Positions 1 through 12,222 of a stretch of 64,000 nucleotides of DNA are shown piece after piece (position 1 is the first letter of the stretch; every line of letters starts with the position of its first letter). Position numbers and translations under genes: made by a program. The notes beneath the pieces are model-generated. The model did no database searches and was not told the origin of the DNA. It saw nothing but the letters and a program-made list of their open reading frames with translations. The stretch spans positions 1,277,858-1,341,857 of the forward strand of contig NW_003314296.1 in the NCBI RefSeq assembly GCF_000143415.4. The letters run 5' to 3'. The DNA is from Selaginella moellendorffii. Its lineage: Eukaryota; Plantae; Lycopodiophyta.

Positions 1-453
1 CACTAGTCGTAAAGCAACTAACAATCACTCTTCAACTTGCCTTCACAAGACCCAAACACTAAACTCATGCCATTGAGTCATATACTTGTCCAGTATAAAT
101 ATAATACCCCAGATACGAGATAAAGGTTCATGGACAATCATGAACTAAATGACCACTCAAATCCAACTCAACTGTAATAAGCTCACCAATGCATTTAGCC
201 AATAGCTCTGAGCATGCTATGAGACACAAAATCCCTAGGCCCCAAAGTGGAGCCAGAAGGGTGCCATGTGGTAGTGGCTGAAGCGAAAGCCAAATGAGCG
301 TAACACGTTTGGACTAAAAGCTCCGACTTGGAAGGTCGAGAGCGGGAGTGGAACTCCCAACAAAGTGCTTGAAGAGCGAGCACGAGGCAACCAATAAGCA
401 AGGCTCCAAAAAGGGACCCAAAAAGGACCAACAAATGACACGTGGAAGTGTCT

Positions 454-760
454 GAGATGGAGTCCGAGATGGACCGAGACGGAGTCCGAGATGGAGTCCG
501 AGATGGAGTCCGAGGTGGACCGAGACGGAGTTCGAGATGGAGTCCGAGAAGGACCCGAGATGGAGTCCGAGGTCGAGACTGAGACTGGGACCGAGACCGA
601 GACTGAGACCAAGACCGAGACCGAGACCGAGACCAAGACCGAGATTGGGACCGAGACCGAGGCCGAGGCCGAGACTAAGCCCGAGTCCGAGTCCAAGTCC
701 GAGTCCGAGTCCAAGTCCGAGTCCAAGTCTGAGTCCGAGTCCGAGTCCGAGTTCAAGTCT
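454..760 (+). repeat. LTR-internal tandem array of 11-12-mers (GATGGAGTCCGA / GATGGACCCGA) grading into 6-mers (GACCGA, GTCCGA)
   Basis: Directly visible. Homologous arrays at about 1889-2210, 7561-7852 and 62872-63252. Confidence 0.92.
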
Positions 761-855
761 GAGAGGGTGAAAGCCCAAAGCGTTCGTCTCCCAGACCCTG
801 AGGGTTTGGTGAGCTCCAAAAGTATAGTAAGGGGGAAGACTGCAGTGGAGCCAGT

Positions 856-2442
856 TGTAAGCGACTAAATTTTCCATTCTACTTTAGTCCCTTAACCACA
901 CCTCCAACCACTTTGAGGAGTCTCACTCACAACCTCCATAAGTCTTATTTCAGACTTGGGCTTGCTAGCCCCGAGAATGGCATCCCCGCCACTCAACCTT
1001 TGCACTTGATCCAAGTGCTCCACGTGTCCGATCCCATGACCGACACCCCAAGGTACCACTGACATATCAGCCCGTTACGCTAAGGCCATGCCCCTTTACC
1101 TTGGTCACACCGGAGGTCTAACACCACCTGCATCACAGTCCCATCTCTCAAGGACTGGGCCATCCGTCCATGAGTGATCATTCCAGATTCACTACTTAAC
1201 ATCCTTAGGATGCCTATAGACATGGGGAATAGCCTTCCCCAATATCCCTTTTCCAGTCTTCACCAAATCCCTTTCTGCCCATGGCCGTGTTCGCCAACAC
1301 TACCACTGGATCGAGGCCCACAGGCCTAACCACTAAGTCCCACAGTCCTCTAGGACTTCCTCACCACTCGACTGTATCCTTGGTCACTACACCAGAGGAC
1401 TACTCCTCTTCCTTTCCATAGTCTGGGCCTTTGGGACAACATTTCGGAACACTGTGGCCTTACGCGAGCCACCTGGGTACTCTCCCCGCCTTCCGCCCTT
1501 GGGTGCTCTAGCCATGGGCTTAAGGCGAGGTTCCGTTGAGCCACGCCTGGTATCCAAGTAGGTAGTGCCACCCACACTTGGACTGGGAGTATCAGCCAGT
1601 CGATCTCCTGGGGGAACTAGAGCCGGCTCTTGAACACTTCACCAAGCTACCCCGCTTGTCGGTCCGTGTTCACTCTAGTCTTGGACTTCCCAGTGGTCAG
1701 CTCATCACCCAACACTGGGTCTGGCCTTCCTGGGCCAAACTGGCCTTTCCTGGCCAAACTAGCTCCACTGGGCTTCAACCCCCACACTCTCCCTACTATA
1801 CTTTTGGAACCCCCCGTAGCCCCCCCCCCCCCCTGGGGGACGATCGCTTTGGGCTTTCACCCAACTGCCTGTATTAGTTATTAGTATTCAGACTCGGTCT
1901 CGGTCCCGGTCTCGGTTCCATCTCGGACTCCATCTCGGACTCCATCTCGGTTCCATCTCGGACTCCATATCGGACTCCACTTCAGGTCCATCTCGGACTC
2001 CATATCGGACTCCACTTCAGGTCCATCTCGGACTCCATATCAGACTCCACATCAGACTCCACTTCCAGTCCATCTCGGACTCCATCTCGGACTCCATATC
2101 GGACTCCACTTCCGGTCCATCTCGGACTCCATATCAAACTCCATCTCGGACTCCACTTCGGGTCCATCTCGGACTCCAACTCGGGTCCGCCTCGGACTCC
2201 ATCTCGGACACTTCCACATGTCATGTGTTAGTCCTTTTTGGGTCCCTTTTTGGAGCCTTGCTTATTGGTTGCCTCGTGCTTGCTCCTCGAGCACTTTGTT
2301 GGGAGTTCCACTCCCGCTCTCGACCTTCCAAGTCGGAGCCTTTAGTCCAAACGTGTTATGCTCGTTTGGCTTTCGCTTCGGCCACTACCACGTGGCACCC
2401 TTTTCGGCTTCACTTTGGGGCCTAGGGATTTTGTGTCTCACA
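856..2442 (-). repeat. 3' LTR of nested element
   Basis: Runs TGTAAGCGAC...TGTCTCACA on +; aligns end to end with 6555-8083; PPT adjacent. Confidence 0.93.
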
Positions 2443-5400
2443 ACTCCACCACCCATAGACGAAGTTCGATGTCCTCATCGAACGATAAACTATTTTATAA
2501 AGTAACACCCGCATGTGTTACCATTTCCATCCTTGGCACCTAGCCAATATTTGTCAATAGTTTGACATTGAAGGCTCACCATGCCTTCTCCATATTCGTC
2601 AATGGTTTGACACCAAAGGCTCACTATGCCTTGCCCATCCTCGAAGGAGCATAGTCTTTCCAACATAGAGACTTATTCGACCACCTGGGGTGGTTTGCTC
2701 CCTTTTATTGGTTCAGTTCTCATTAAACCTGTTAGAGACATCTTCTCTAACTCAATTCCCACTACTCATTCTCAAGTGGTCTCAGTTCCCATCTATATAA
2801 CCTTTGCACTTTGGAACTTTGAATTTTGACTTCTTGGAGTCAATTTCCTAGGTGTCTCCGACACCTTACCTTGCACCTTTTGTGCAACTCCACTTCCCAT
2901 CCTAGGAAGTTCTCTACTCGAGGGCACCATCATCCTCTCTTCTATTTCGTGCCACCCTAGGGCACTAAGTTCCAGTTATCATACTTTGTGCTAGGGCTGT
3001 TCATGGCCCTATCATTTGGCTACCTTACCGCTCCCTCCCTTGGAGCGTCCCCTTTCGCCAAATCAGAGCAATTCGGAATCCATCCTTGGAAACACACTTC
3101 CTTTCCCACAATTTGTTAGCGTCCAACACATTAGTGTTCCTCGCCTAACTTTGCCACTTGGATTCCTTCCAAGGGATTCCACGGCTTTATCTTGGCCACT
3201 CATCTTTTGCTCCTATCCATTGATTGTTGCACCAAGCAACACTGAATCTCTACCTCCCTCCTTGAGGTATTCTTTTGATTCCATAGCAAAGGCTCTGCTT
3301 TGCCAAGACTAGAGTGTTCACCCCTAGTAAGTCTCTTTAGCATCTTCTGCTGTGGGCTCTATCCACGGCCCAACTTTGTGACCCTCCTATGGGTCTCTTT
3401 AGAGACTATTTTCCTTGGACACACTATGCCATCGCAATGACATAGCTCATTTCCCTAAGGTGCTTTTCCCACTTGGTCACCTTGACCAAGCCACACCATC
3501 ATCAATAATTCAAATCAACACTTTGAACTAGGAACCTTATTCCTTAGTCCAAACAAGGACCTTGTCCTTATTTAGCCACAAGATCACCTAGTGATCTCAC
3601 CTCGGCACCTTAACAGATTTGCCAATAGGTACTAGGTTTTCTAGACCTTTAACTTGTTAACTACGACCCCGGGGGCATCCCCCACACTTGGCGGTGCACC
3701 CAAGCCGGCCCTTCCGGCCAAGGGTCCATAGCAACTGAGACTGGGTGTCCCCATCTCATTCACCACGTCCTTGGTGCCACTTGCACCAAAGTGTTCAAGT
3801 TAGATATGCTGAGCCACACTAAGCAATCTAACAGTGCATCACGACTCCGAAGCATCCCTCGCTTGGCGGTGTGCCCAAGCCAGTCTCCACACTGAGAGTC
3901 CATGACCACTGAAAAATGAGTGTCCTCATATTTCAAACCATCACCACGCCCTAGTGAGTTGGGACTCGAACCCAAGCACTAGAGGGTCGGGACTCGAACC
4001 CAACCTCCATATATGCATCTACGGACGGCATCACCCAGGATGCCTGGCGTGACTCCCCACGCCGGTGCACCAACTTATATTCAAAGCGTACCATAGATCA
4101 CAGCTTAGAAACCTAGTTCCTCCACACTGCCAAGTCCTCTCACTTGACAAGTCTATGATCATGCATGGACTCCTCCATGCTTGGCCTCATGGCCCACCCT
4201 TTTTGAAGTTATCACCTTCAACTAGGGTATTTGTTCCCCTGACTTACCAATCTCGCTTTGGCGAGTCCTCCGACTACCGTAACATGGTTCCTGCACAAGC
4301 GTGAAAGCCCTTTGTCATCGACTTTCGTTCAAAGCCCTCTCTTTGAACACTCGGGAACTACTTCCTTAAGCTTGATAGCCTTGCCTCATGGCAGGCTTCA
4401 AGACCACGCTTCTGCTGCACCACTCTGATTTCGCGCGTTCCTTGAACCATTTACGCTTGGCCTTTCTAGGTACTAAGCTACCTAGAATCATCTTTGGGAA
4501 CCTTGAAGGAACTCTGTCCCTTAGCTTGCTAAGGCCTCCCTTTTTGCAAGTTTTCCAATTACCATATAGTCTAACATGGACAATTCCATATTTTAGACTC
4601 TCCATGGCATCACGGTTGTTAGCGGCAACACCCTTGAGCCCCCACTTGATTTTCCACTCCCAGCTGGCATAACCAACCTTGGTTATGCCCTTCGATTCCT
4701 ATGGTTCGGTTCTATCCCCTTACTTCTTGCTTTTGGCTTCACACCTTTCCTTCGGTCATTCTCCTCCAGACCAGGAGGATAGCTTTGCACTTTCTATCAT
4801 GCCTTAGCAAGTATTCTTAGGGATGAACCTACCCGATAGCCTAGGGAGTGGTTCCTCAATCCAGGTATGCTCACCCTATAATCCCACACAACGAGATTAC
4901 GTTGTTCCTTACGGGCCTTTACATGCCCATCACTAGCCTTGCCAAAATTCCATTTTTGGCTTTGTCCAATTCGAGTAGACAGTCTCCTCCTGTCTCTGCC
5001 ACCTTTGGACATTTGGATAGCACCTTCTATCCATCATTCACTAGAGACTTAGTCCCTTGGGCCTTATTTATTACCCTCGCGACATAAAATACCACCTCCT
5101 AGTGTTCTAGAGTGTTCAGGTGTCCCAATGATGGCTTCCTTGACAATGAGTATTTCCTTTTATGACATTGACTTACTATATCGCAATATAAGCAACTTAT
5201 CCTCCGTAAGGGTACGTCCAACTTCCCTATGCCATTAAGAAGGCTTGGGTAGCTACCTTCTACCCATTTAACCAATTATTTTGCACCTCTTGCTTAGTTG
5301 CCTCATAGTTGTCAAGTTCTACAACTCATTGCTGGTGCTTCCACACCTCCATTATTATCTGGGTCACCACACTCCAACTGCATGCTCTGCCGCTTAGGCT

Positions 5401-6539
5401 ATGCCATTCCCATTTCCATTGGGATTCCTTTGGCAAGGGGTTCTCATGAACCCACCAACATAGCCTCAAAGTATCACACCTTGGCACATTTGGTGTCTTC
5501 ACACTATCGGCTTCACGAGCCTACCTTTATGATACTTCTTCTTTGTGTCTAAGTCTTTGCCAAGACCAATACCACTCTTTCTCATGCCAACCATTCGTTA
5601 GCACTGCACCATAGAGGTCACACACAACTTTGTGTCAAAGTTGTTTTCCTTTTTAGGAACACCTTTCCCACGACTTTAGCATGGCACATTTTGCCATCGA
5701 TGAGGTACCCTCTGTTCTCATCCTTGGATCCTATGATCCCCCCCCCCCCATCCTTCGTGGGGTACAATACACCTCAATCCGAATGCTTCCATCAGTCCTT
5801 TTAGGACCATTCCTTGACTCTACTTGAGTCATCCAGCAATTTTGGACTTGGTTAATCCACAGACCCGTAAGGTCCCACTTGTGAGGCACTAGCTCACTGG
5901 AATACACTTCCTGCATTCCTGTCCTACTCAGAAGGACTATTTTCACAAATGTTATTCTGACACTTGTTTTTGTTCTTTGGGGCAACCTCTGCTCCTTAGG
6001 ACTACTTGTCCATGTGATGAGAATACCAACTCATCTCTAAGTACACCCCCCAACTCCTTGGGTTGTTCCAGCATTTATTAAAGGTAGCCTCGGCTACCAT
6101 TTCAAGGACTTGAGTCCTCTTCCGTATTTGACCTCCCACGGTCATTAATTCCGGTCTCAAAGTTGTGAGCACCAGCCTCAACTATATGAGGGTAATCCTG
6201 TGACTCCTTTATTGTTTTGGAGTTTGCATCTTTTCCGTGATCCCAACTATAGTTGTTTACCACAACTATATTAGCCCGTTTGTTACGTCAAACGCTCATC
6301 TGAATCACATCCTCAACTCTTTGAGGAAACCCTTATACTGTTCCCAAGATCCCAAAGTCGTTCCCTTACTGGCCCTTTTCCATCCACCATATCGTGCACA
6401 AGTTCATGCATGAACTTGAGTGGAGAGCCATGTCCTTTCGACATGCTACTCCTCGAGGATAGGTCCATATCTAGGACCTTCCAATTCCAATACAAGCGGT
6501 GATATACTTGGCCACCAATAAGAGTCGGACTAAGGAACA

Positions 6540-6551
6540 GCTCCGATACCA
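6540..6551 (-). promoter_or_regulatory. Primer-binding site (initiator tRNA-Met type)
   Basis: GCTCCGATACCA on +, i.e. TGGTATCGGAGC on -, next to the LTR end. Confidence 0.9.
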
Positions 6552-6554
6552 AGT

Positions 6555-8083
6555 TGTAAGCGACTAAATTTTCCATTCTACTTTAGTCACTTAACCACAC
6601 CTCCAACCACTTGGAGGAGTCTCACTCACAACCTCCATAAGTCTTATTTCAGACTTAGGCTTGCTAGCCCTGAGAATGGCATCCCCGCCACTCAACCTTT
6701 GCACTTGATCCAAGTGCTCCACGTGTCCGATCCCATGACCGACACCCCAAGGTACCACTGACATGTCAGCCCGTTACGCTAAGGCCATGCCCCTTTACCT
6801 TGGTCACACCGGAGGTCTAACACCACCTGCATCACAGTCCCATCTCTCAAGGACTGGGCCATCTGTCCATGAGTGATCATTCCAGATCCACTCCTTAGCA
6901 TCCTTAGGATGCCCACAGACATGGGGAATAGCTTTCCCTAATATCCCTTTTCCAGTTTTCACCAAGTCCCTTTTTGCCCATGGCCATGTTCGCCAACACT
7001 GCCACTGGATTGAGGCCCATAGGCCCGACCATTAAGTCCCACGGTCCTCTAGGACTTCCTCACCACTCGACTATGTCCTTGGTCACTACACCAGAGGACT
7101 ACTCCTCTTCCTTTCCATAGTCTGGGCCTTTGGGACAACATTTCAGAACACTGTGGCCTTACGTGAGCCACCTGGGTACTCTCCCCGCCTTCCGCCCTTG
7201 GGTGCTCTAGCCATGGGCTTAAGGCGAGGTTCCGTTGAGCCACGCCTGGTATCCAAGTAGGTAGTGCCACCCACACTTGGACTGGGAGCATCGGCCAATC
7301 GATCTCCTGGGGGAACTAGAGCCGGCTCTTGAACACTTCACCAAGCTACCCCGCTTGTCGGTCCGTGTTCACTCTAGTCTTGGACTTCCCAGTGGTCAGC
7401 TCATCACCCAACACTGGGTCTGGCCTTTCCTGGCCAAACTGGCTCCACTGGGCTCCAACCCCCACACTCTCCCTACTATACTTTTGGAACCCCCTGCAGC
7501 CCCCCCCCCCCCTGGGGGACGATCGCTTTGGGCTTTCACCCAACTGCCTGTATTAGTATTCAGACTCGGACTCGGTCTTGGTCCCGGTCTCGGTTCCATC
7601 TCGGACTCCATCTCAGGTCCATCTCAGACTCCATCTCGGGTCCATCTCAGACTCCATCTCGGGTCCATCTCGGACTCCATCTCGAGTCCATCTCGGACTC
7701 CATATCGGACACCACTTCAGGTCCATCTCGAACTCCATATCGGACTCCACTTCCAGTCCATCTCGGACTCCATATCGGACTTCATTTTGGACTCCACTTC
7801 GGGTCCATCTTGGACTCCAACTCGGGTCTGCCTCGGACTCCATCTCGGACACTTCCACGTGTCATGTGTTGGTCCTTTCTGGGTCCCTTTTTGGAGCCTT
7901 GCTTATTGGTTGCCTCGTGCTTGCTCCTCGAGCACTTTGTTGGGAGTTCCACTCCCGCTCTCGACCTTCCAAGTTGGAGCCTTTAGTCCAAACATGTTAT
8001 GCTCGTTTGGCTTTCGCTTCGGCCACTACCACGTGGCACCCTTTCCGGCTCCACTTTGGGGCCTAGGGATTTTGTGTCTCACA
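6555..8083 (-). repeat. 5' LTR of nested element
   Basis: Direct repeat of 856-2442; PBS adjacent, 3 nt away. Confidence 0.93.
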
Positions 8084-8994
8084 CCAGTTTGGCCAAGAAA
8101 GGCCAGTTTGGCCCAAGAAGGTTATACCCAGTGTTGGGTGATGAGCTGCCCACTGGAAAGTCCAAAACTAAAGTGAACACGGACCGACAAGCAGGGTAGC
8201 TTGGTGAAGTGTTCAAGAGCCGGCTCTAGTTCCCCCGGGAGATCGACTGGCCGATGCTCCCAGTCCAAGTGTGGGTGGCACTACCTACTTGGATACCTGG
8301 TGTGGCTCAACGGAACCTCACTCTAAGCCCATGGCTATAGCACCTAAAGGCAGAAGGTGGGGAGAGTACCCATAAGGGCCGCATAGGGCCACGGTGTTCC
8401 GAAATGTTATCCCAAAGGCCCAGACTGTGGAAAGAAAGAGGAGTAGTCCTTTGGTGTAGTGACAAAAGATACAGTCATGCTGTGAGGAAGTCCCAGAGGA
8501 CCGTGAGACTTAATGGTCGGGCTTGTGGGCCTTGATCCAGTGGCAGTGTTGGCGAACACGGCCATGGACAGAAAGGGACTTGGTGGGGACCAGAAAGGAG
8601 ATATTGGGGAAGGCTATTCCCCCTATTGGCGGGCATCCTAAGGATGTTAAAGGGTGGATCTGGGATGACCACTCATGGATGGATGGCCCAATCCTGGAGA
8701 GACGGGATTGCAATGCAAGTGGTGTTGGACCACCAATGTGACCAAGGTGATTGGGCATGGCCTAGCGTAACGGGCTGGTATGTTGGTGGTGCCTTGGGGT
8801 GTCAGTCATGGGACCGAATATGTGAAGCACTTGGACCAAGTGCAAAGGTTGAGTGGCAGGGATGCCATTCTCAGGGCTAGCAAGCCCAAGTCAGAAATAG
8901 GACTTATAGAGGTTGTGAGTGAAATTCCTCCAAGTGGTCGGAGGTGTGGTTAAGTGACTAAAGTAGAATGGAAAATTTAGTCACTTACACATGT

Positions 8995-11225
8995 CTTAAA
9001 GAGGCTAGTTACATATGACCAACACTAAATCGAAACTCAAGTGAAGACCATGAGATGAACTCATATCGGTACACAACTTCCTTATAAACAAAGCTATAGT
9101 ACGGGTACCAACATCTCAACTGCAAACAATTAAGCTGGACATCACCATCCTCAACCAAGGCGGAGGACCACCAAGACCAAGTCAAGATCAGTGAGAGCTC
9201 ACTACTCTCATAAAGTCTTAACGAAATGCAAGGTGCAACCTACCACCAAGCACAACGCTACAGAAGAAAGGCACAAGGGTCACCTTTTTTAAAAAAGCGC
9301 AATGGCCACTTTTCTACACCAACTTTAGACTTTATCCAACTCAATTGCCTTAACCCCAAAAGTCAGCATCCCTTTTGGGTTACATCATACAAATTACCTA
9401 CTAAGGTTTAGGCTAACCGAAGTTAACTCTAACCCTTTCACTAGTTTGTATTGGCTTACAAAAATGGAATGGTTTTCGAGCAAAGTGACCAATAAATCAG
9501 CCATTGGAAAAGTCTAAGAAAATTTGTGGAAATTTTCCATTCTAAAGAAAGAATGACTCTTAGTCCAGGAATGCAAACCTTCAAAACTCAACCAACTTCC
9601 TCCTATTAACAACTTCACATAGGTTCACTTTAACACCAATTCTCATGACCCATAGTATGCTTAAGCCTCGAACATCTTTTTGCCCATACTTCCGACATCC
9701 AACACTGACATCCGCAAAATGCAAAATGAACATCCAAGGCTTAATCACGAAGACCACATCTTCGGATATCCACATTGCACTAACACTCTTCTTCAACCAC
9801 CTTCAAGATCCAATGTGAAGCCTAAACACTAACAAGAAAAATGACATAGAAAATCAAGCTCTAAGGAAAATTCCTCATCACTCGAATTAACAATGCCACT
9901 TCCACTAACACAAGTGCTAGCAATGTTAATGCCTCAAACTTCACATCTTCTCAATCCAGCAATCTACTCCAAGTGTTAACAGATTCATCAATAAGCTATA
10001 GCAAGTGAATGTTACAATCCTTTTCCAACACCTTATGGGCAAACCCAAGAAACTAAGGAACCGACTTAAGCTTAGCATAATGGATTACCATCGAGAATCC
10101 AGTCAAAGCTACTACAATGCTACTACGTGCAAGTAGACTAGCTTCACCATGAACCACTTTGGGGTTGATCATCGTTTAACTAAGCAACTTTGTAAACACA
10201 TTGCTCATTATCACATGGATATGATATAAGTATCACAATGACTTGATCATCAATTGAGCAACACCACGAGCAATGCCCATATCACTACTTGCATTTTGTC
10301 GAATCGAGTTAGCACTTGATAATCACATAAACTTTTGAAGTAGTGATATAGGCATTGCTCATGGTGTTACTCAATTGATGATCAAGTCATTGTGATACTT
10401 ATATCATATCCACACCCCACCAATAGAGATTTACAATATTTAACACCACTAACTTTTGTTCACAACATGAACAAGCTCATGCCACTCTCTTTCCGACCAA
10501 ACTCAGCACTAATCCAAAACCAAGCTATTCAAGGAGCAATAGCAAGGTTCCCCGGACAAGAATTGAGCATTGCAACCCAAGTCTTCCAATAGCAAGTCTA
10601 GACAAAATAGTTTAACGCTTCACCGCTAACCATCCCACAACTCGCCATTTGTAAGACCATCATTTCCAACATGCATCAAGGTAGGGACTCTTGATTGCAT
10701 GATGTGAACACGAGCAATGAGTCACATCTTGTTGCAAATCACCTCTCCAAGAAGAGAAAATGATTTACGTGTTTGATCCTTCGTCCCTAACGACTCTCTT
10801 TTCGGTCTTATCTTTGACTAAACCTCAAGTTTGCGTTTGCACTGCCTTTAGTCCAATCCAAGAAAAGTTTATGAGAGAGCATGGCAATGATTACTTGAAT
10901 CAATAGACTCATCCCTATAGTCTTGATTAATCCACTTATAATCACGCCTAGGAAGGATCCACTAGTGCCGTGTTAAACAGTTATGGACTAGTTTATTTGC
11001 CACTCACAACAAACCTAGGGAAAGGTTTACTTAACCCCCGGTATTTGGAACAATTCATGGAACCACTAATAAGCTTACATTAATCCTGCCAACTCAACAT
11101 GTAACCTTGAGTTGCTAATGTGCTTCACTCACGAGCCCAAGCTCAAACTCGTGCAAATGAAATAACTCATTTATAACTAACCGTAAGGACTAACTGACAG
11201 GTAATTTTCGATACCCGAAGTCACA
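8995..11225. mobile_element. Older decayed retroelement-like sequence hosting the solo LTR
   Basis: No intact ORF; purine-rich gag-like composition on -; continuous in character with 1-217. Family not identified. Confidence 0.35.
10216..10412. repeat. Inverted repeat, 75-bp arms (10216-10290, 10338-10412), 47-nt loop
   Basis: Arms are reverse complements with only 3 mismatches. Confidence 0.92.
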
Positions 11226-12060
11226 GGGGGGGGCTGTGGGGGGTTCCAAATGTATAGTAGGGATAGTGGGTAGGTCAAGCATGGCCGACCAATTTGAGGC
11301 ATAGTTTAACTCTCGCTTGCATGCTTGTCCTTGTTCTACGTCCGGCTTGGGTCTAAGCCCAAGTTCCATTCCATGCTAGCTGGTGGAGTACCCATGTCCT
11401 TACGTTAGGCCACCAGTATGCTGAAATAGCGCTAAACTCCGTTTGGCTCCATTTTACATGCTGGTCCTAGCATTGGGATGCTGGTTACTCTAGGATACAA
11501 AAAGTGGAGCTGAAAAACATGCAACAAGAAGTGGAAGAGGTGATATCTCATAACATTATGCCAAACGAAGAGTATTATCAAAGATAGTTTGAGCAAATGT
11601 ATGCACAAGTCCGACAAAGTGCTAACCACAACATTCCCAACTTGATCTTCTCTAATATATTTGGCTCTATACAAAGCAAGAGGCTTTGGAAATGAATGCT
11701 AAATTGCATCATTGACTTAGATGGCTCTTAACAAAGATGATGGAATTTTTGAAAGGCATCATCATAACTATTGATATGTCTAAGTGTGCATTTGAAGACA
11801 TCTAGGAGAATATTCCAATCCTCATACATGGCCATGCTTAAACCATTGTACCATTGCAACACCATCCCTTGAAGACACATGGGAAACTCATGCAAATGCT
11901 AAACATCATCCCAAAAATGATATGTGGAAATCACTATAAAGTGATCGAACTAATGGTACACATCATCCCCAAAACTCCCATGAAAAAACTTTGGTCGAAT
12001 GCAAGGATTTGCACCAAGAGCAAGAGTAGTTGTACCATACGCTATGAATACTACCATTAA
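11226..12060. mobile_element. Decayed repeat family member (LTR-like segment plus gag-like remnant on -), paralogous to 13075-13360 and 60270-61260
   Basis: Shared blocks, e.g. GCATGGCCGACC...CTTGGGTCTAAGCCCAAGTTCC...ATGCTGAAATAGCG and CTCTATACAAAG...AAACCATTGTACCA...GGGAAACTCATGCAAAT, occur at both about 11280-12060 and 60270-61260. Confidence 0.65.
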
Positions 12061-12183
12061 CTGAGTCTAATTGTTCAACTCTAACTACATAATATCAAGT
12101 AACTACACCAATTGTTACTCTAGACTCAAACAAGGAGGAGGCTATTAGTCTGTTATGAAGATGAATGAAAAAGAAAAGAAAAT

Positions 12184-12188
<5 letters not shown>

Positions 12189-12217
<29 letters not shown>
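12189..12217. repeat. (AT)n microsatellite
   Basis: Run of about 14 AT units. Confidence 0.95.

Positions 12218-12222
<5 letters not shown>

Larger units (their letters stand above)
856..8083 (-). mobile_element. LTR retrotransposon with intact boundaries, Gypsy-like, probably non-autonomous
   Basis: Two highly similar TG...CA LTRs (856-2442, 6555-8083). Perfect TSD CCAGT at 851-855 and 8084-8088. tRNA-Met PBS TGGTATCGGAGC at 6551-6540 (-). PPT TGGGTGGTGGAGT at 2455-2443 (-), preceded by a Gypsy-type GAGGACATCGAAC end. The 4.1 kb interior has no long ORF. Confidence 0.93.
218..8989 (+). mobile_element. Solo LTR (same family as the nested element), split into 218-855 and 8089-8989 by the nested insertion
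   Basis: Starts TATGAGACAC (family consensus TGTGAGACAC) and ends TCACTTACA. Flanked by CATGC (213-217) and CATGT (8990-8994), a 5-bp TSD with one C>T change. The two halves join at CCAGT to rebuild one LTR, which is the reverse complement of LTRs 856-2442 and 6555-8083. Confidence 0.88.

Noticed and set aside
454-760. CRISPR-like array
   Set aside because: Contiguous tandem units with no unique spacers; eukaryotic LTR context; no cas genes.
235-877. Overlapping low-complexity ORFs (SD/ET/LG/PR repeats), also at 1982-2224, 7277-8176, 62672-63402
   Set aside because: Translations of the stop-free LTR tandem array; open in several frames and not conserved between LTR copies.
1685-1720. Hammerhead ribozyme (retrozyme) in the LTR at GGTGATGAG
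   Set aside because: Core is GUGAUGA, not CUGANGA, and I found no correctly placed GAAA or stems.
218-8989. DIRS/tyrosine-recombinase element, suggested by inverted LTR copies
   Set aside because: Two nested 5-bp TSDs, PBS and PPT fully explain it as integrase-type nesting; no YR motifs seen.
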